A stretch of DNA of 34,432 bases from an uncultured Bacteroidales bacterium (lineage in GTDB: Bacteria > Bacteroidota > Bacteroidia > Bacteroidales > UBA12077), in contig CAYYLT010000004.1 of NCBI GenBank assembly GCA_964472385.1, forward strand, positions 1-34,432. Direction: 5' to 3'. The position numbers and the translations under genes are program-made. Numbering within the stretch: position 1 is the stretch's first letter; each line of letters starts with the position of its first letter. Of this stretch, positions 1-9,044 are shown in pieces. The notes under the pieces are model-generated. The model made no database searches, was not told where the DNA came from, and was given only the letters and a program-made list of their open reading frames with translations.

Positions 1-60
1 TGAAGGCTCACATGCCACTACTGGGCCCTCCCTGCGCACGCCACCCTGCCTTCCAAAGCG

Positions 61-96
61 AATGTGCGGATGAACATTTATTCACATCCGCACATT
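61..96 (-). terminator. Candidate terminator hairpin downstream of the FIST gene
   Basis: Perfect 12-bp inverted repeat AATGTGCGGATG (61-72) / CATCCGCACATT (85-96) with a 12-nt loop, 25 nt past the stop of the minus-strand ORF ending at 122. On the minus strand it is followed only by a weak T tract (CGCTTTGG). Confidence 0.35.
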
Positions 97-121
97 TGCG
101 GTGTCCGTTCGAGGTCTTTTT

Positions 122-1234
122 TTACCGGAACAGCAGCATGGTAGCTGTCTGGTTGATATGTCCTATGTAGCTCTCTCCATAAGTACTAAAACCCACTGTC
201 GGTACCTTCTTGAAAATATTTCCGTACTGTTGGGTTTGATTTTTGTTTTTTAGTTCAAGCGTTCTCAGAATACAGTTAAAATTCACGATGGCTGAAACAT
301 TGCCCATTTCTTCCATCTTATGGTCTAATGCAACCTTTGTATGCTCGACAATATCTTTGGAATCGAGGATTTTTAGATCCATCCCTTCTTTTATAGAACA
401 GTAAAAATATATGGTTTTTCCTTCCGTTCTTTGGGGACTTCGAACAAAAAAGTCATCCTGAAATACCAATCCAACGGGATGAGAGAAGAAAGTATCCGAT
501 ACTTTTTCTTCCGGGACGCCTGTTAATTCAGCATAGGCTTGAGTGGCAGGTTTGTTGTTAATTTCCAGTACTTTTCTGTTCGGTTCATCGGCTTTTGTCA
601 CCACCACATTTTTATTTGTTGCTTTAAAGCTTTGGGTTTTGAGAAAGTCAAATTTCGTCTTGCTTTTTACCAAGGCCAGTACAGCTGCATCTTTGTAGGT
701 TTTGCCATTGGCATAGATGTACGTCTGTTTAAATGCCAGGTCATCTCCGGCAGAACCTCCGATAAAAGATACATTGGTCAGGTCTCCAATCCGGTCATTG
801 ATGTTTTCTTCCTGCAGGCTGAGGCCATCGATCAGCACTATACCCACATATTTATCCGGAGCCAGGTCAGATGGCGGCGTCTCAAAATATTGTCCGAAAG
901 CATCAAATGCTTTATCAACTTGATTGCTGTCGGATTTGATGTTGTTTAAAACTTCAATTTTGCAGTCATCAATGATCTCCGGCCCAAATGCCATGGCCAC
1001 CATGGATTGATCAAGCATTTGCCCCGTAACAATTTCACCTGAAGAGCTGCAACCCATGGTAGGGACTTCGGGGAAAATGCTTTGTATTGAAGCACTTAGG
1101 CCTTCCGGATCTATGGAGGGAGAAGCAAAAAAAAGCAAAAGTCTGGTATCAAAGGGAACAATTTGTTTTTGAATATCTGCCGCTAGAGCCTGGGGGTCTT
1201 TTTCGCTGGAATAAGCTGTTTTTACTTTCATCAT
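122..1234 (-). CDS. FIST-domain sensory protein (FIST_N + FIST_C, no output domain)
   Basis: 370-aa ORF. It has the GGSAGD segment mid-protein and a C-terminal GFSTYGE...GHINQT pattern typical of FIST_C. It fills the whole ORF with no extra domain. Confidence 0.75.
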   Translation of the reverse strand: MMKVKTAYSSEKDPQALAADIQKQIVPFDTRLLLFFASPSIDPEGLSASIQSIFPEVPTMGCSSSGEIVTGQMLDQSMVAMAFGPEIIDDCKIEVLNNIKSDSNQVDKAFDAFGQYFETPPSDLAPDKYVGIVLIDGLSLQEENINDRIGDLTNVSFIGGSAGDDLAFKQTYIYANGKTYKDAAVLALVKSKTKFDFLKTQSFKATNKNVVVTKADEPNRKVLEINNKPATQAYAELTGVPEEKVSDTFFSHPVGLVFQDDFFVRSPQRTEGKTIYFYCSIKEGMDLKILDSKDIVEHTKVALDHKMEEMGNVSAIVNFNCILRTLELKNKNQTQQYGNIFKKVPTVGFSTYGESYIGHINQTATMLLFR

Positions 1235-1242
1235 ATTAAATT

Positions 1243-1449
1243 TTATTTTGTGGTTAACGTTATGTTGAACTGTTCGGCGACTCCTTCTATTTTGGATATT
1301 AAATCATCCGTGTCGGGCGTGCCGTCTGTAATGTCATCGGGGATAATCCCTTTAAACATGAGTTTCATTTTGATGTTATTACTCTGAAATTTGTTGCCCT
1401 GAGCTTTCTTTTCAATTAACTCATCAATCATTTTTTTTGCTTTTCCCAT
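1243..1449 (-). CDS. Small hypothetical protein (68 aa), probably co-transcribed with the FIST gene
   Basis: ORF ends 8 nt before the FIST start codon on the same strand. Charged, soluble-looking sequence with no family recognised. Confidence 0.45.
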   Translation of the reverse strand: MGKAKKMIDELIEKKAQGNKFQSNNIKMKLMFKGIIPDDITDGTPDTDDLISKIEGVAEQFNITLTTK

Positions 1450-1660
1450 AAAGATTCATTTTTGAGGTTAACAATACTGTGGATAAGATTACTGCATGAG
1501 GGATTGCTGAAAAACACAAAAAGTCCTTTAAGTTTATATTTTTTTGTTCGCCTTTAGCACCTCATCTATTTCGTTGGCTTCAGCTCGCAGTATTTATATA
1601 CAGTTTCACTTTGCCGCCTCTTAGCTGATTTACTAAAGGCATTTTCATTAAACCCAAACC

Positions 1661-1740
1661 CGGAATTAACCCGCGGAATTAACCCGAACCCAAATTAGCT
1701 TCCTATTCCTATATATTCCTATGCTGTATGCTGTATGCTG
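1661..1740. repeat. Short tandem repeats in the intergenic region
   Basis: CGGAATTAACCCG repeated twice in perfect tandem (1661-1686). TCCTAT occurs three times (1701-1722). TATGCTG is repeated three times in perfect tandem (1720-1740). Confidence 0.9.
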
Positions 1741-1812
1741 GAATATACGGGCACAGGTTCAGATGGGTTACATGTTCGTCCCCACTTTTAGGCTGTTCAT
1801 CAAATGAAGGGA

Positions 1813-4002
1813 TCAATTTCCAAGTTCCAGTTGATTTTTCACCAGGTGGTAGTATGCTCCTTTTTTTTCGGTCAGTTCTGTATGCGTTCCTTTTTCTATG
1901 ATCTTTCCTTTATCCAGCACAACGATCTGGTCTGCATTTTTAACTGTACTTAACCGGTGGGCTACAATAACGACGGTGCGACCTTGAAAGAAATTTTGGA
2001 GGTTGTTCATGATTACCTTTTCATTGTTCGCATCGAGGGCATTGGTAGCTTCATCGAAGAATATATATTCGGGGTTTTTGTAGACAGCCCGTGCGATCAG
2101 GATACGTTGTTGCTGGCCCTGGCTCATGCCGATCCCTTCCTTACCTATCTTGGTATTGTAACCCAGGGGCAGGGACTCTATATCGTCCTGTATATTTGCT
2201 GCCTTAACTGCATGCAGCAATTTTTCCCGGTCGATCGTTTCATCCGACACGGCGATGTTGTTGGCGATGGTATCGGAAAAAATGAAACCATCCTGCATGA
2301 CTACTCCACATTTGCTGCGCCATACGCGATTGCTGAAATTGCTCAAATGGATATCACCGATCTTCACATGTCCTTCAACGGGTTTGTAGAAACCCAGCAA
2401 CAATTTGATGAGTGTTGTTTTACCCGAACCGGATGCCCCTACTATTGCCGTCACTTTTTTCTCAGGGCACTGAAGGGTTACATCATTTAAGACATAGGGA
2501 GAATGGGGCCCTTCATATTGAAAATATACCTGCTGCACATTTAACTCGGCTTTCTCCGGCAGGATAGTTATCTTGGGTTTTTTGAGGTCTTCTTCCTCAT
2601 CCTTGTTATGTATCTCACCCAGTCTCTCCAGGCTGATCTTGGCATCCTGCGCCATGTGAAAAAAGCGGATCATCTGTTGAAGCGGGCTGTTAAGCTGTCC
2701 AATGATAAATTGCACGGCCAGCATCATGCCTAATGTCATGCTACCCTCTATCACTGCACTGGCTGCCAAAAAAATGATCACCACATTTTTGATCTCATTG
2801 ATGAATACACCACCCGCCTGCTGGTATTGTTGAAGGGATAAACCTTTCATTTCCACCCGGAACAAACGGGTTTGGATGCCTTCCCATTCCCATCGTTTCT
2901 GTCGCTCACAATTGTTTAGCTTAATCTCCTGCATACCGGTGATCAGTTGTATCAAATTGCTTTGGTTATCCGAAAGCTGTGCGAAACGCCGGTGGTCAAG
3001 CTCACGCCGCCGTTTCATGAATACCAGCACCCATGCAATATACAAAGCGCTGCCTGCTATAAAAACCGTAAAGATGAACCAGCTATATATGGCCAGCACA
3101 ATGCCAAATACAATAAGACTGATAAAGGAAAACAGCACATTAAGGGTATTGGTGGTTAAAAAATTTTCTATTCTTCTGTGGTCTTGAATGCGCTGTATCA
3201 AATCACCTGTCATCTTGGTGCTGAAAAATGCTACCGGTAATTTCATCAGCTTGGTCAGGAAATCAGATATGAGCGATATATTGACCCGGGTGCTCAAGTG
3301 CAGGAGAATCCAGCTTCGGATAAAATTTACCGTGGTTCTTCCGACAATAAGAACCAATTGCGCCAGGACGATCAGGGTAACAAAGCTTAGATCCTGGTTA
3401 TTGATACCCCGGTCAACAATTGCCTGGGTAAGGAAAGGAAAGATAAGCTGTAGCAAGCTGCCCAGTAACAGACCCAAAAACAATTGAACAATATATTTTT
3501 TGTAGGGCTTCAGATATTGCAATAAAAAGCCAAAGCCTGATTTATCCAGTTGTTCATCTTCTGCTTTGTGAAAATCGGGTGTGGGATTAAGCAGCAAACA
3601 CAATCCTTTATCGGCATCATCTTCACGGGTTGTGGCCCAACCCTGCATAAATTCTTCTTTAGGAAAACGTATCCTGCCCCTTGCAGGATCAGCAACGTAT
3701 ACCTTATTTTTTCGGATCTTGTAAATTACCACAAAGTGGTTTTGTTTCCAATGGGCGATACAGGGTAATGGTACCTCTTTCAGCAGTTGATCCCAGCTTA
3801 TCCGGACACCCATGCTTCGAAATCCGATCGATTCTGCGGCATCACTGATGCCCATCATCGAAACACCTTCCCGCGTGATATAGCTGCGATCGCGAAGGGT
3901 TTGGAGGGAATAATGCTTCCCATAGTAACGGGCTATCATTCGAAGGCAGGAGGGCCCGCAGTCTGTAGCATCATGCTGGGCATAGTGGGGGAACCTGGGC
4001 AT
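1813..4002 (-). CDS. Peptidase C39 domain-containing ABC transporter (bacteriocin/peptide exporter, ATP-binding/permease)
   Basis: 729 aa. The N-terminal C39 domain has its catalytic residues in place (DCGPSCL Cys, NHFVVIY His, VADPA Asp). Six-TM ABC membrane domain. Walker A GASGSGKTT, signature-like MSQGQQQR, Walker B IFFDEATNALD, H-loop AHRLST. Confidence 0.92.
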   Translation of the reverse strand: MPRFPHYAQHDATDCGPSCLRMIARYYGKHYSLQTLRDRSYITREGVSMMGISDAAESIGFRSMGVRISWDQLLKEVPLPCIAHWKQNHFVVIYKIRKNKVYVADPARGRIRFPKEEFMQGWATTREDDADKGLCLLLNPTPDFHKAEDEQLDKSGFGFLLQYLKPYKKYIVQLFLGLLLGSLLQLIFPFLTQAIVDRGINNQDLSFVTLIVLAQLVLIVGRTTVNFIRSWILLHLSTRVNISLISDFLTKLMKLPVAFFSTKMTGDLIQRIQDHRRIENFLTTNTLNVLFSFISLIVFGIVLAIYSWFIFTVFIAGSALYIAWVLVFMKRRRELDHRRFAQLSDNQSNLIQLITGMQEIKLNNCERQKRWEWEGIQTRLFRVEMKGLSLQQYQQAGGVFINEIKNVVIIFLAASAVIEGSMTLGMMLAVQFIIGQLNSPLQQMIRFFHMAQDAKISLERLGEIHNKDEEEDLKKPKITILPEKAELNVQQVYFQYEGPHSPYVLNDVTLQCPEKKVTAIVGASGSGKTTLIKLLLGFYKPVEGHVKIGDIHLSNFSNRVWRSKCGVVMQDGFIFSDTIANNIAVSDETIDREKLLHAVKAANIQDDIESLPLGYNTKIGKEGIGMSQGQQQRILIARAVYKNPEYIFFDEATNALDANNEKVIMNNLQNFFQGRTVVIVAHRLSTVKNADQIVVLDKGKIIEKGTHTELTEKKGAYYHLVKNQLELGN

Positions 4003-4154
4003 GTAAATAATTATAATTTATAATTGATTTAAGAGGTAAATATAAGAAATTTGAAACAAATAATTCCAATAATTATCGTACAAAAGCCCTCTTTATGCCA
4101 TACCTTTATACCTTATATGCCATCTACACGTTTTATACTGTTCAAAATGCTATT

Positions 4155-5198
4155 ATGAAAGCAGCAGTTATCAATAGATACAATCGAATTGAGTGGGAAT
4201 CGGTGGCCGATCCGCAGATCAAGGAAGTGGAAGTATTGGTTAAAGTAAGGTATGCCAGCATTTGCGGCAGCGATCAACATATCTTATCCGGCGATTTTCA
4301 CCCCCGTACCCAACTGCCTTTGATTCCCGGGCATGAATTTGCAGGGGAAGTAGTGGAGACCGGGAGCAAGGTCTCGAACGCCCGAAAAGGCGACCGGGTG
4401 ACTGTTGATCCGATCATTTGGTGCGGAGAGTGTGCTGCCTGTAAAGCGGGCCAATATCCTGCCTGTTCGTCTTTGAAGCTGATTGGGGTGGATATGGATG
4501 GCGGCTTTGGTGAATACGTGGCTGTTAGGGAGGATCGGCTTTTCCATCTGGATGACAATATTGACGACCGTACGGCTGCCTTGGTCGAAGTCCTGTCCAT
4601 TGGTTTTCATGCTGCCAGCAGGGGTGATGTGGGGCAGGGTGATCATATTGTCATCTGGGGAGCAGGCAAAGTAGGCCAATGCATCTTGCAGGCGGTAAAA
4701 ACCAAAACCGAGCAGCCGGTGATCATGGTAGATCCTGTTGAAAACCGGCTTAACATGGCATTAAAAGCTTTTCCTGATACCATGGTGATCAATCCGGAGA
4801 AAGAAGATCCGGTAGCCCGTATTATGGAACTTACAGGCAACAGGGGAGTGGATGTTGGCTTTGAAGCCGTGGGTCATGCCAAACCGGTTGAGGGTGTGCC
4901 CCATCCGGTAAGAGGTTGTGTGCAAAGCATCCGGGGAGCAGGAAGGGTGGTTGTGCTTGGACTTTCAGATGAGCCCGCTACCCTGAATATGAAAGAATTT
5001 ATATGGAAGGAAGCCAAAATTATCGCTTCACGCGTTAGTCACGGTGAATTTAGTGAAACCATCAGCCATCTCTTTGCTTATCAGCTCAGGGCCGACAACC
5101 TTATTACCGCCCGGATGCCGGCATCCAAAGCTCAGGAAGCATTCACCAGGCTGGAAGAACATCCGGAAGACCATCTGAAAATATTGCTTGCTTTTTGA
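4155..5198 (+). CDS. Zinc-dependent alcohol/polyol dehydrogenase (MDR superfamily)
   Basis: ICGSDQH and PGHEFAG catalytic-zinc motifs, structural-zinc CGECAACKAGQYPAC, Rossmann GAGKVG. I place the start at the MKAAV methionine (4155) rather than the ORF-track start at 4095. Confidence 0.85.
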   Translation: MKAAVINRYNRIEWESVADPQIKEVEVLVKVRYASICGSDQHILSGDFHPRTQLPLIPGHEFAGEVVETGSKVSNARKGDRVTVDPIIWCGECAACKAGQYPACSSLKLIGVDMDGGFGEYVAVREDRLFHLDDNIDDRTAALVEVLSIGFHAASRGDVGQGDHIVIWGAGKVGQCILQAVKTKTEQPVIMVDPVENRLNMALKAFPDTMVINPEKEDPVARIMELTGNRGVDVGFEAVGHAKPVEGVPHPVRGCVQSIRGAGRVVVLGLSDEPATLNMKEFIWKEAKIIASRVSHGEFSETISHLFAYQLRADNLITARMPASKAQEAFTRLEEHPEDHLKILLAF

Positions 5199-5341
5199 AA
5201 AGCTGAAAAGGACCTGAAAACCAAGCAATAATACTTTACGATTTGCAAGAAATGAACAAATTGTTATTTTTAGCATGTCAATAAAATCGTAAAACCGTAA
5301 AGCCGTGAACACTACCTGTCAAAATTATAATCCGCTGAGCT

Positions 5342-6301
5342 ATGAAATCTGATGATCTTTATGCTATCCACACTTATGGTTTACAAAGGAAGAAAGTTAT
5401 ATGGAATGGAGTATTTGGTTGTTTTCTGTGTTTTGTCTTCCTGTTGGCCGGATGCACGAACTATTCGGAAAAAGCCGAAGTGATACTTGAAAAAACCGGT
5501 ACTAAAGGCGGTGTTATCGTTTATGTTGGCGTTGAAAACGGCCGGATGACAGCAGCGTTTTATCGGGATAGCGCTTTTGTCGTTCACGGACTTGCGGAAA
5601 ACAAGACCAATGTGCGAAAAGCCCGCAAATACATTTTGGATAAGGAACTGTATGGTAAGGTCTCGGTAGAGCATTGGAACGGTCAAAGCCTTCCTTATGT
5701 TGATAATATGGTTAATCTTTTAGTTGCCAGCCAGGGGCAGGATGTATTAAAGGAAGAGATCATGCGAGTTTTGGCGCCAGGTGGAATGGCTTATATCCGG
5801 AATGACGATCAATGGGTGGTCAAGGAAAAAAACAGGCCGGAAGGCATGGATGATTGGCCGCATTACCTTTACAACACAAGCAACAATGCCGTTTCGGAGG
5901 ATATGCTGGTAGAACCTCCGAGGAACCTTCAATGGGTTGGTAAACCCAAATGGACCAGGCACCACGATCTTATGGAAAGCATTAGCGCTATGGTTTCCAG
6001 TGGCGGACGTATATTCTACATCCTGGATGAAGGCCCAACGGCATCCGTTTTTCTTCCTTCCGATTGGAAATTGATCGCCAGAGATGCCTTCAATGGCAAA
6101 ATACTCTGGAAAAAACCCATTCACTCATGGGTAAATCCTTTGTGGCCATTGAAAAGTGGACCGGCTCAACTGCCCAGGCGACTGGTCGCTCATGAAAACC
6201 AGGTATTTGCCACCCTTTCTATTGATGGCCCACTGAGAAAGCTTGATGCTGCTACCGGTGAGGTTTTACATACTTACAAACCAAACTCGGAGGCGATTTG
6301 A
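5342..6301 (+). CDS. Lipoprotein, N-terminal part of a PQQ/BamB-like beta-propeller protein (methyltransferase-like N-domain); apparently truncated by a frame change
   Basis: Lipobox FLLAGC near the N-terminus. The ORF ends inside a propeller-blade-like motif (LDAATGEVLHTYK...), and the next ORF continues the blade in another frame. Confidence 0.6.
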   Translation: MKSDDLYAIHTYGLQRKKVIWNGVFGCFLCFVFLLAGCTNYSEKAEVILEKTGTKGGVIVYVGVENGRMTAAFYRDSAFVVHGLAENKTNVRKARKYILDKELYGKVSVEHWNGQSLPYVDNMVNLLVASQGQDVLKEEIMRVLAPGGMAYIRNDDQWVVKEKNRPEGMDDWPHYLYNTSNNAVSEDMLVEPPRNLQWVGKPKWTRHHDLMESISAMVSSGGRIFYILDEGPTASVFLPSDWKLIARDAFNGKILWKKPIHSWVNPLWPLKSGPAQLPRRLVAHENQVFATLSIDGPLRKLDAATGEVLHTYKPNSEAI

Positions 6302-7662
6302 CCACGCTGGTTATGGCTGATAACTCCGTCTATGTGGCAAGAAAAGATAACCATACCCTTTATGCCCTGAATGCTTTCAATGGTAAGCAACGGTGGCATT
6401 ATACCACAGGAGGCATCATTGATTCACCGCCAACAATATATCATAATAAGGTCTACTTCGGCTCTGCCGATGGTTATGTATACTGTCTGGAAGCATCCGG
6501 GGGCGAACTGATATGGAAGTTTCATGCCGCACCCGCCCACCAAAAAATATTGGCTGAAGGACAACTGGAATCTCTCTGGCCGGTTACGGGCAACGTTATG
6601 ATTCAGGATGGGGAAGTTTGGTTTGTTGCAGGGCGGTCGATGTTCCTGGATGGAGGTTTGTATCTCTACCGCCTCAATGCTGTTACCGGCGAAAAGATTG
6701 CTGTCAACCAGATGAATGAAACAAATCCGGAAACGGGTGCCCATCTTCAGCAAGCTGCTACCTGGCTGACCATGCCGGTGGCTTCGCCCGATATTCTGTC
6801 CACCGATGGAAGATATGTATATATGCGTTCCCAGAAATTCAATAAACAAGGTAAACGCATGGCAATCGACCAGCTTTCTGACCAGTCCTATGAACAACTT
6901 ATGGGCAGGGAAATGAAACGTGAATTTTCACAAATGTTTAATCATGCAGGTCCATTGCAGGTAACTTTCAAGAATTATCATCATTTGTTCCTGGATAGTA
7001 TGCATTCCGTAAAAATAGAAGACAACCACCTGTTTGCACCCTACGGGTATTTGGATGATTCCTGGTTTCATCGTGCTTACTGGGTTTACGGAAAGCACTA
7101 TCTCGGAGGATGGAATGGTTATTATGTGGCCGGGCAATATGCGCCATCCGGACGTATAGTGGTTCATGACCGTGACAATGTATATGCTTTTGGAAGAAAA
7201 CCCCAGTACTACCGGTGGACCAAACCCATGGAATACCAATTGTTTTCCACTTCAAAATCTATGGAAGTGGACACTACTCTGCTTTCAGAAAAAACTGCCA
7301 AATTGGAGAGAATCGGTGCTGAACCCATGTCATACCAATGGAATACTACCATACCCATTTTGGTGCAATCCATGGTTAAAGCCAATAATAAATTGTTTGT
7401 GAGCGGTCCGCCTGACCTGCTGGACGAGGAGAAAGCTCAAAGGCATTATACCGATTCCCTTGTCCAGGCCAATATGAAAAAACAGAAAGAAGCCCTTAAT
7501 GGGAAGCACGGAGGATGGTTATGGGCTTTTGACGGTGAATCAGGGAAGGTTTTGCAGAAATATCAAATTGCTTCCCCGCCGGTTTGGGATGGATTGATCG
7601 CAGCGGATCACAAACGGTTCATGGCAACGATGGACGGAAATGTTGTTTGCTGGGGGAAATAA
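6298..7662 (+). CDS. PQQ-like beta-propeller repeat protein, C-terminal part (continuation of 5342-6301)
   Basis: Repeated blade motifs (VYVARKDNHTLYALNAFNGKQRWHY, VYFGSADGYVYCLEASGGELIWKF, VWFVAG...LYRLNAVTGEK). Only a TTG start that overlaps the upstream stop by 4 nt. This frame is already open from 6262. Confidence 0.6.
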   Translation: MTTLVMADNSVYVARKDNHTLYALNAFNGKQRWHYTTGGIIDSPPTIYHNKVYFGSADGYVYCLEASGGELIWKFHAAPAHQKILAEGQLESLWPVTGNVMIQDGEVWFVAGRSMFLDGGLYLYRLNAVTGEKIAVNQMNETNPETGAHLQQAATWLTMPVASPDILSTDGRYVYMRSQKFNKQGKRMAIDQLSDQSYEQLMGREMKREFSQMFNHAGPLQVTFKNYHHLFLDSMHSVKIEDNHLFAPYGYLDDSWFHRAYWVYGKHYLGGWNGYYVAGQYAPSGRIVVHDRDNVYAFGRKPQYYRWTKPMEYQLFSTSKSMEVDTTLLSEKTAKLERIGAEPMSYQWNTTIPILVQSMVKANNKLFVSGPPDLLDEEKAQRHYTDSLVQANMKKQKEALNGKHGGWLWAFDGESGKVLQKYQIASPPVWDGLIAADHKRFMATMDGNVVCWGK

Positions 7663-8114
7663 TGTTCGATTGTGCCTGCCACCATGGAGACAGGAATAAA
7701 CTATTGTACTATTCGGGGTGGCCACAAGAATCCGGTGTCTGCCTTTATGAAACAAGCATGATAAAAATAATTATTAACACACACGACAAAATGATTATTT
7801 TTATTATGCGGTTCCATCTGACCATTAAAAAATAAAAAAAATAGACAGTTGAAACCTGCATGCACCAGACTACACAACAAGGAGATGAATAAAGCATGCA
7901 GGTTCCATGGCGATTGGGCTGAATATTTCAAATTTTGCAGCGATATTAAATTGATATACAGGCTATAATAAGCTTTTATCCGAATAAAAAACACAATTTA
8001 CTACCTATGAATCATGAAGATTCAATCAGACAGAGACAATGGTTGGCATTTTCTCTGCAGTTACTTTCAAAGATTTATTTTTCCGTATATACAAGCGCAA
8101 ACTGTAGCAAAGCA

Positions 8115-8822
8115 TTAACCGCTTTTGAGCTCTCCTCCTCCGAATAGTGCCAAGCCTTTGATGATCAAAACGGAATCTGCTTCACTGGCAGCGCTTTCTG
8201 TACCGAGACGTTTATCCGCAAAACCTCCCAGGATAGAAACCACCTCTACCTTGATGTTCCAGTCTTTCGGCACAATAAATGTTGAACCGCCGAAAAGGTT
8301 GAAAACATCCATCACATTCTCGCCGGGGGCCAGCCCGGCATCCAAAAGATTGACCTGGGAACCGCCGAAAATGGAAGTTACCTGCCCGCCTTTGAAGGAT
8401 TGGGAGTTGATCTTTCTTTCATTGCCCCCTAAAATAGCTACCTCATCAATGCAATCAACACCAGATCCGGAAGTTGTCGGACTTTTTCGTCTTTTGATAC
8501 CCCCAAGCGATTTAAATAAGATCAATAAACCCAGGGCAATAAATATGACAGGCCAAAAGACCTCACCTAATGAATACGGAAAACCTGTTATCTTTGGTAA
8601 TAAAAAAAGTACACCCAGCAGCAACAATATCCATCCGCTGGTATGGTTCGCTTTGCTGCTTAAGAAGATGATCCCTAAAACCACCAGAATCATAGGCCAG
8701 CTAAAAAGATCACGGGCCAGTGCATCCGGTATAAAATTCATGTTCCGGGCAATTAAACCAACACCTATGAGAACCAATATGATACCCAGGATAGATCTGC
8801 CCTCTAACTTTCTTTTTTCCAT
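8115..8822 (-). CDS. LiaF-like membrane protein (N-terminal TM helices plus C-terminal DUF2154/LiaF-type domain)
   Basis: 235 aa. About four hydrophobic helices, then a C-terminal domain with repeated xxFGG/LGG strands (AILGGNE, SIFGGSQ, NLFGGST, SILGGFA, ALFGGGE), as seen in cell-envelope stress LiaF-type proteins. Confidence 0.6.
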   Translation of the reverse strand: MEKRKLEGRSILGIILVLIGVGLIARNMNFIPDALARDLFSWPMILVVLGIIFLSSKANHTSGWILLLLGVLFLLPKITGFPYSLGEVFWPVIFIALGLLILFKSLGGIKRRKSPTTSGSGVDCIDEVAILGGNERKINSQSFKGGQVTSIFGGSQVNLLDAGLAPGENVMDVFNLFGGSTFIVPKDWNIKVEVVSILGGFADKRLGTESAASEADSVLIIKGLALFGGGELKSG

Positions 8823-9044
8823 GCAATTATGTATTTGGCTTTTAAAAAATGCGTAAATAAAAATACAATTTTTTGTGCAATTGCAGCGGAAGGAATGAAA
8901 AAAAAAGAAGAGCTATGTTTTGAATTATAATAATACAGACCTTTGCGGGATTGCCTGCATTCATTACTCAAGCCATCGCACATTCATGAATTTCACTGTC
9001 TCGCTTATTCAGCGGGAAAGGCTGTTTGTTTATGCATCATGCAG

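Noticed and set aside
1661-1740. Possible CRISPR or minisatellite
   Set aside because: The units are only 6 to 13 nt, directly tandem with no spacers, and present in 2 or 3 copies. No cas genes are present. This is not a CRISPR array.
4095-4154. N-terminal extensions suggested by the ORF track: ADH 4095, LuxC-like 25126, HlyD 28955, DUF2752 24294, and the small secreted ORF 16913
   Set aside because: The extensions are hydrophobic or low-complexity, overlap neighbouring genes, or precede family-typical N-termini (MKAAV, MDIEKRIQAF, MSTQKPSE). Internal starts fit better, but the choice is not proven.
7663-8114. ORFs 7584-7835 (+) and 7701-7994 (-), plus the hairpins AACCTGCATGC (7853-63) / GCATGCAGGTT (7894-7904) and an AT-only 11-bp stem near 7760, all in a 450-nt AT-rich gap
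   Set aside because: The translations look like AT-rich noise. The hairpins have loops of about 22 to 30 nt and no flanking U-tracts. There is not enough to call a gene, an RNA or a terminator.
8125-8856. 243-aa plus-strand ORF covering the same interval as the LiaF-like gene
   Set aside because: It is a Pro/Ser/Lys-rich translation with no domain-like pattern, and it mirrors a minus-strand gene that has clear TM helices and a conserved C-terminal repeat domain. I treat it as an antisense shadow ORF.
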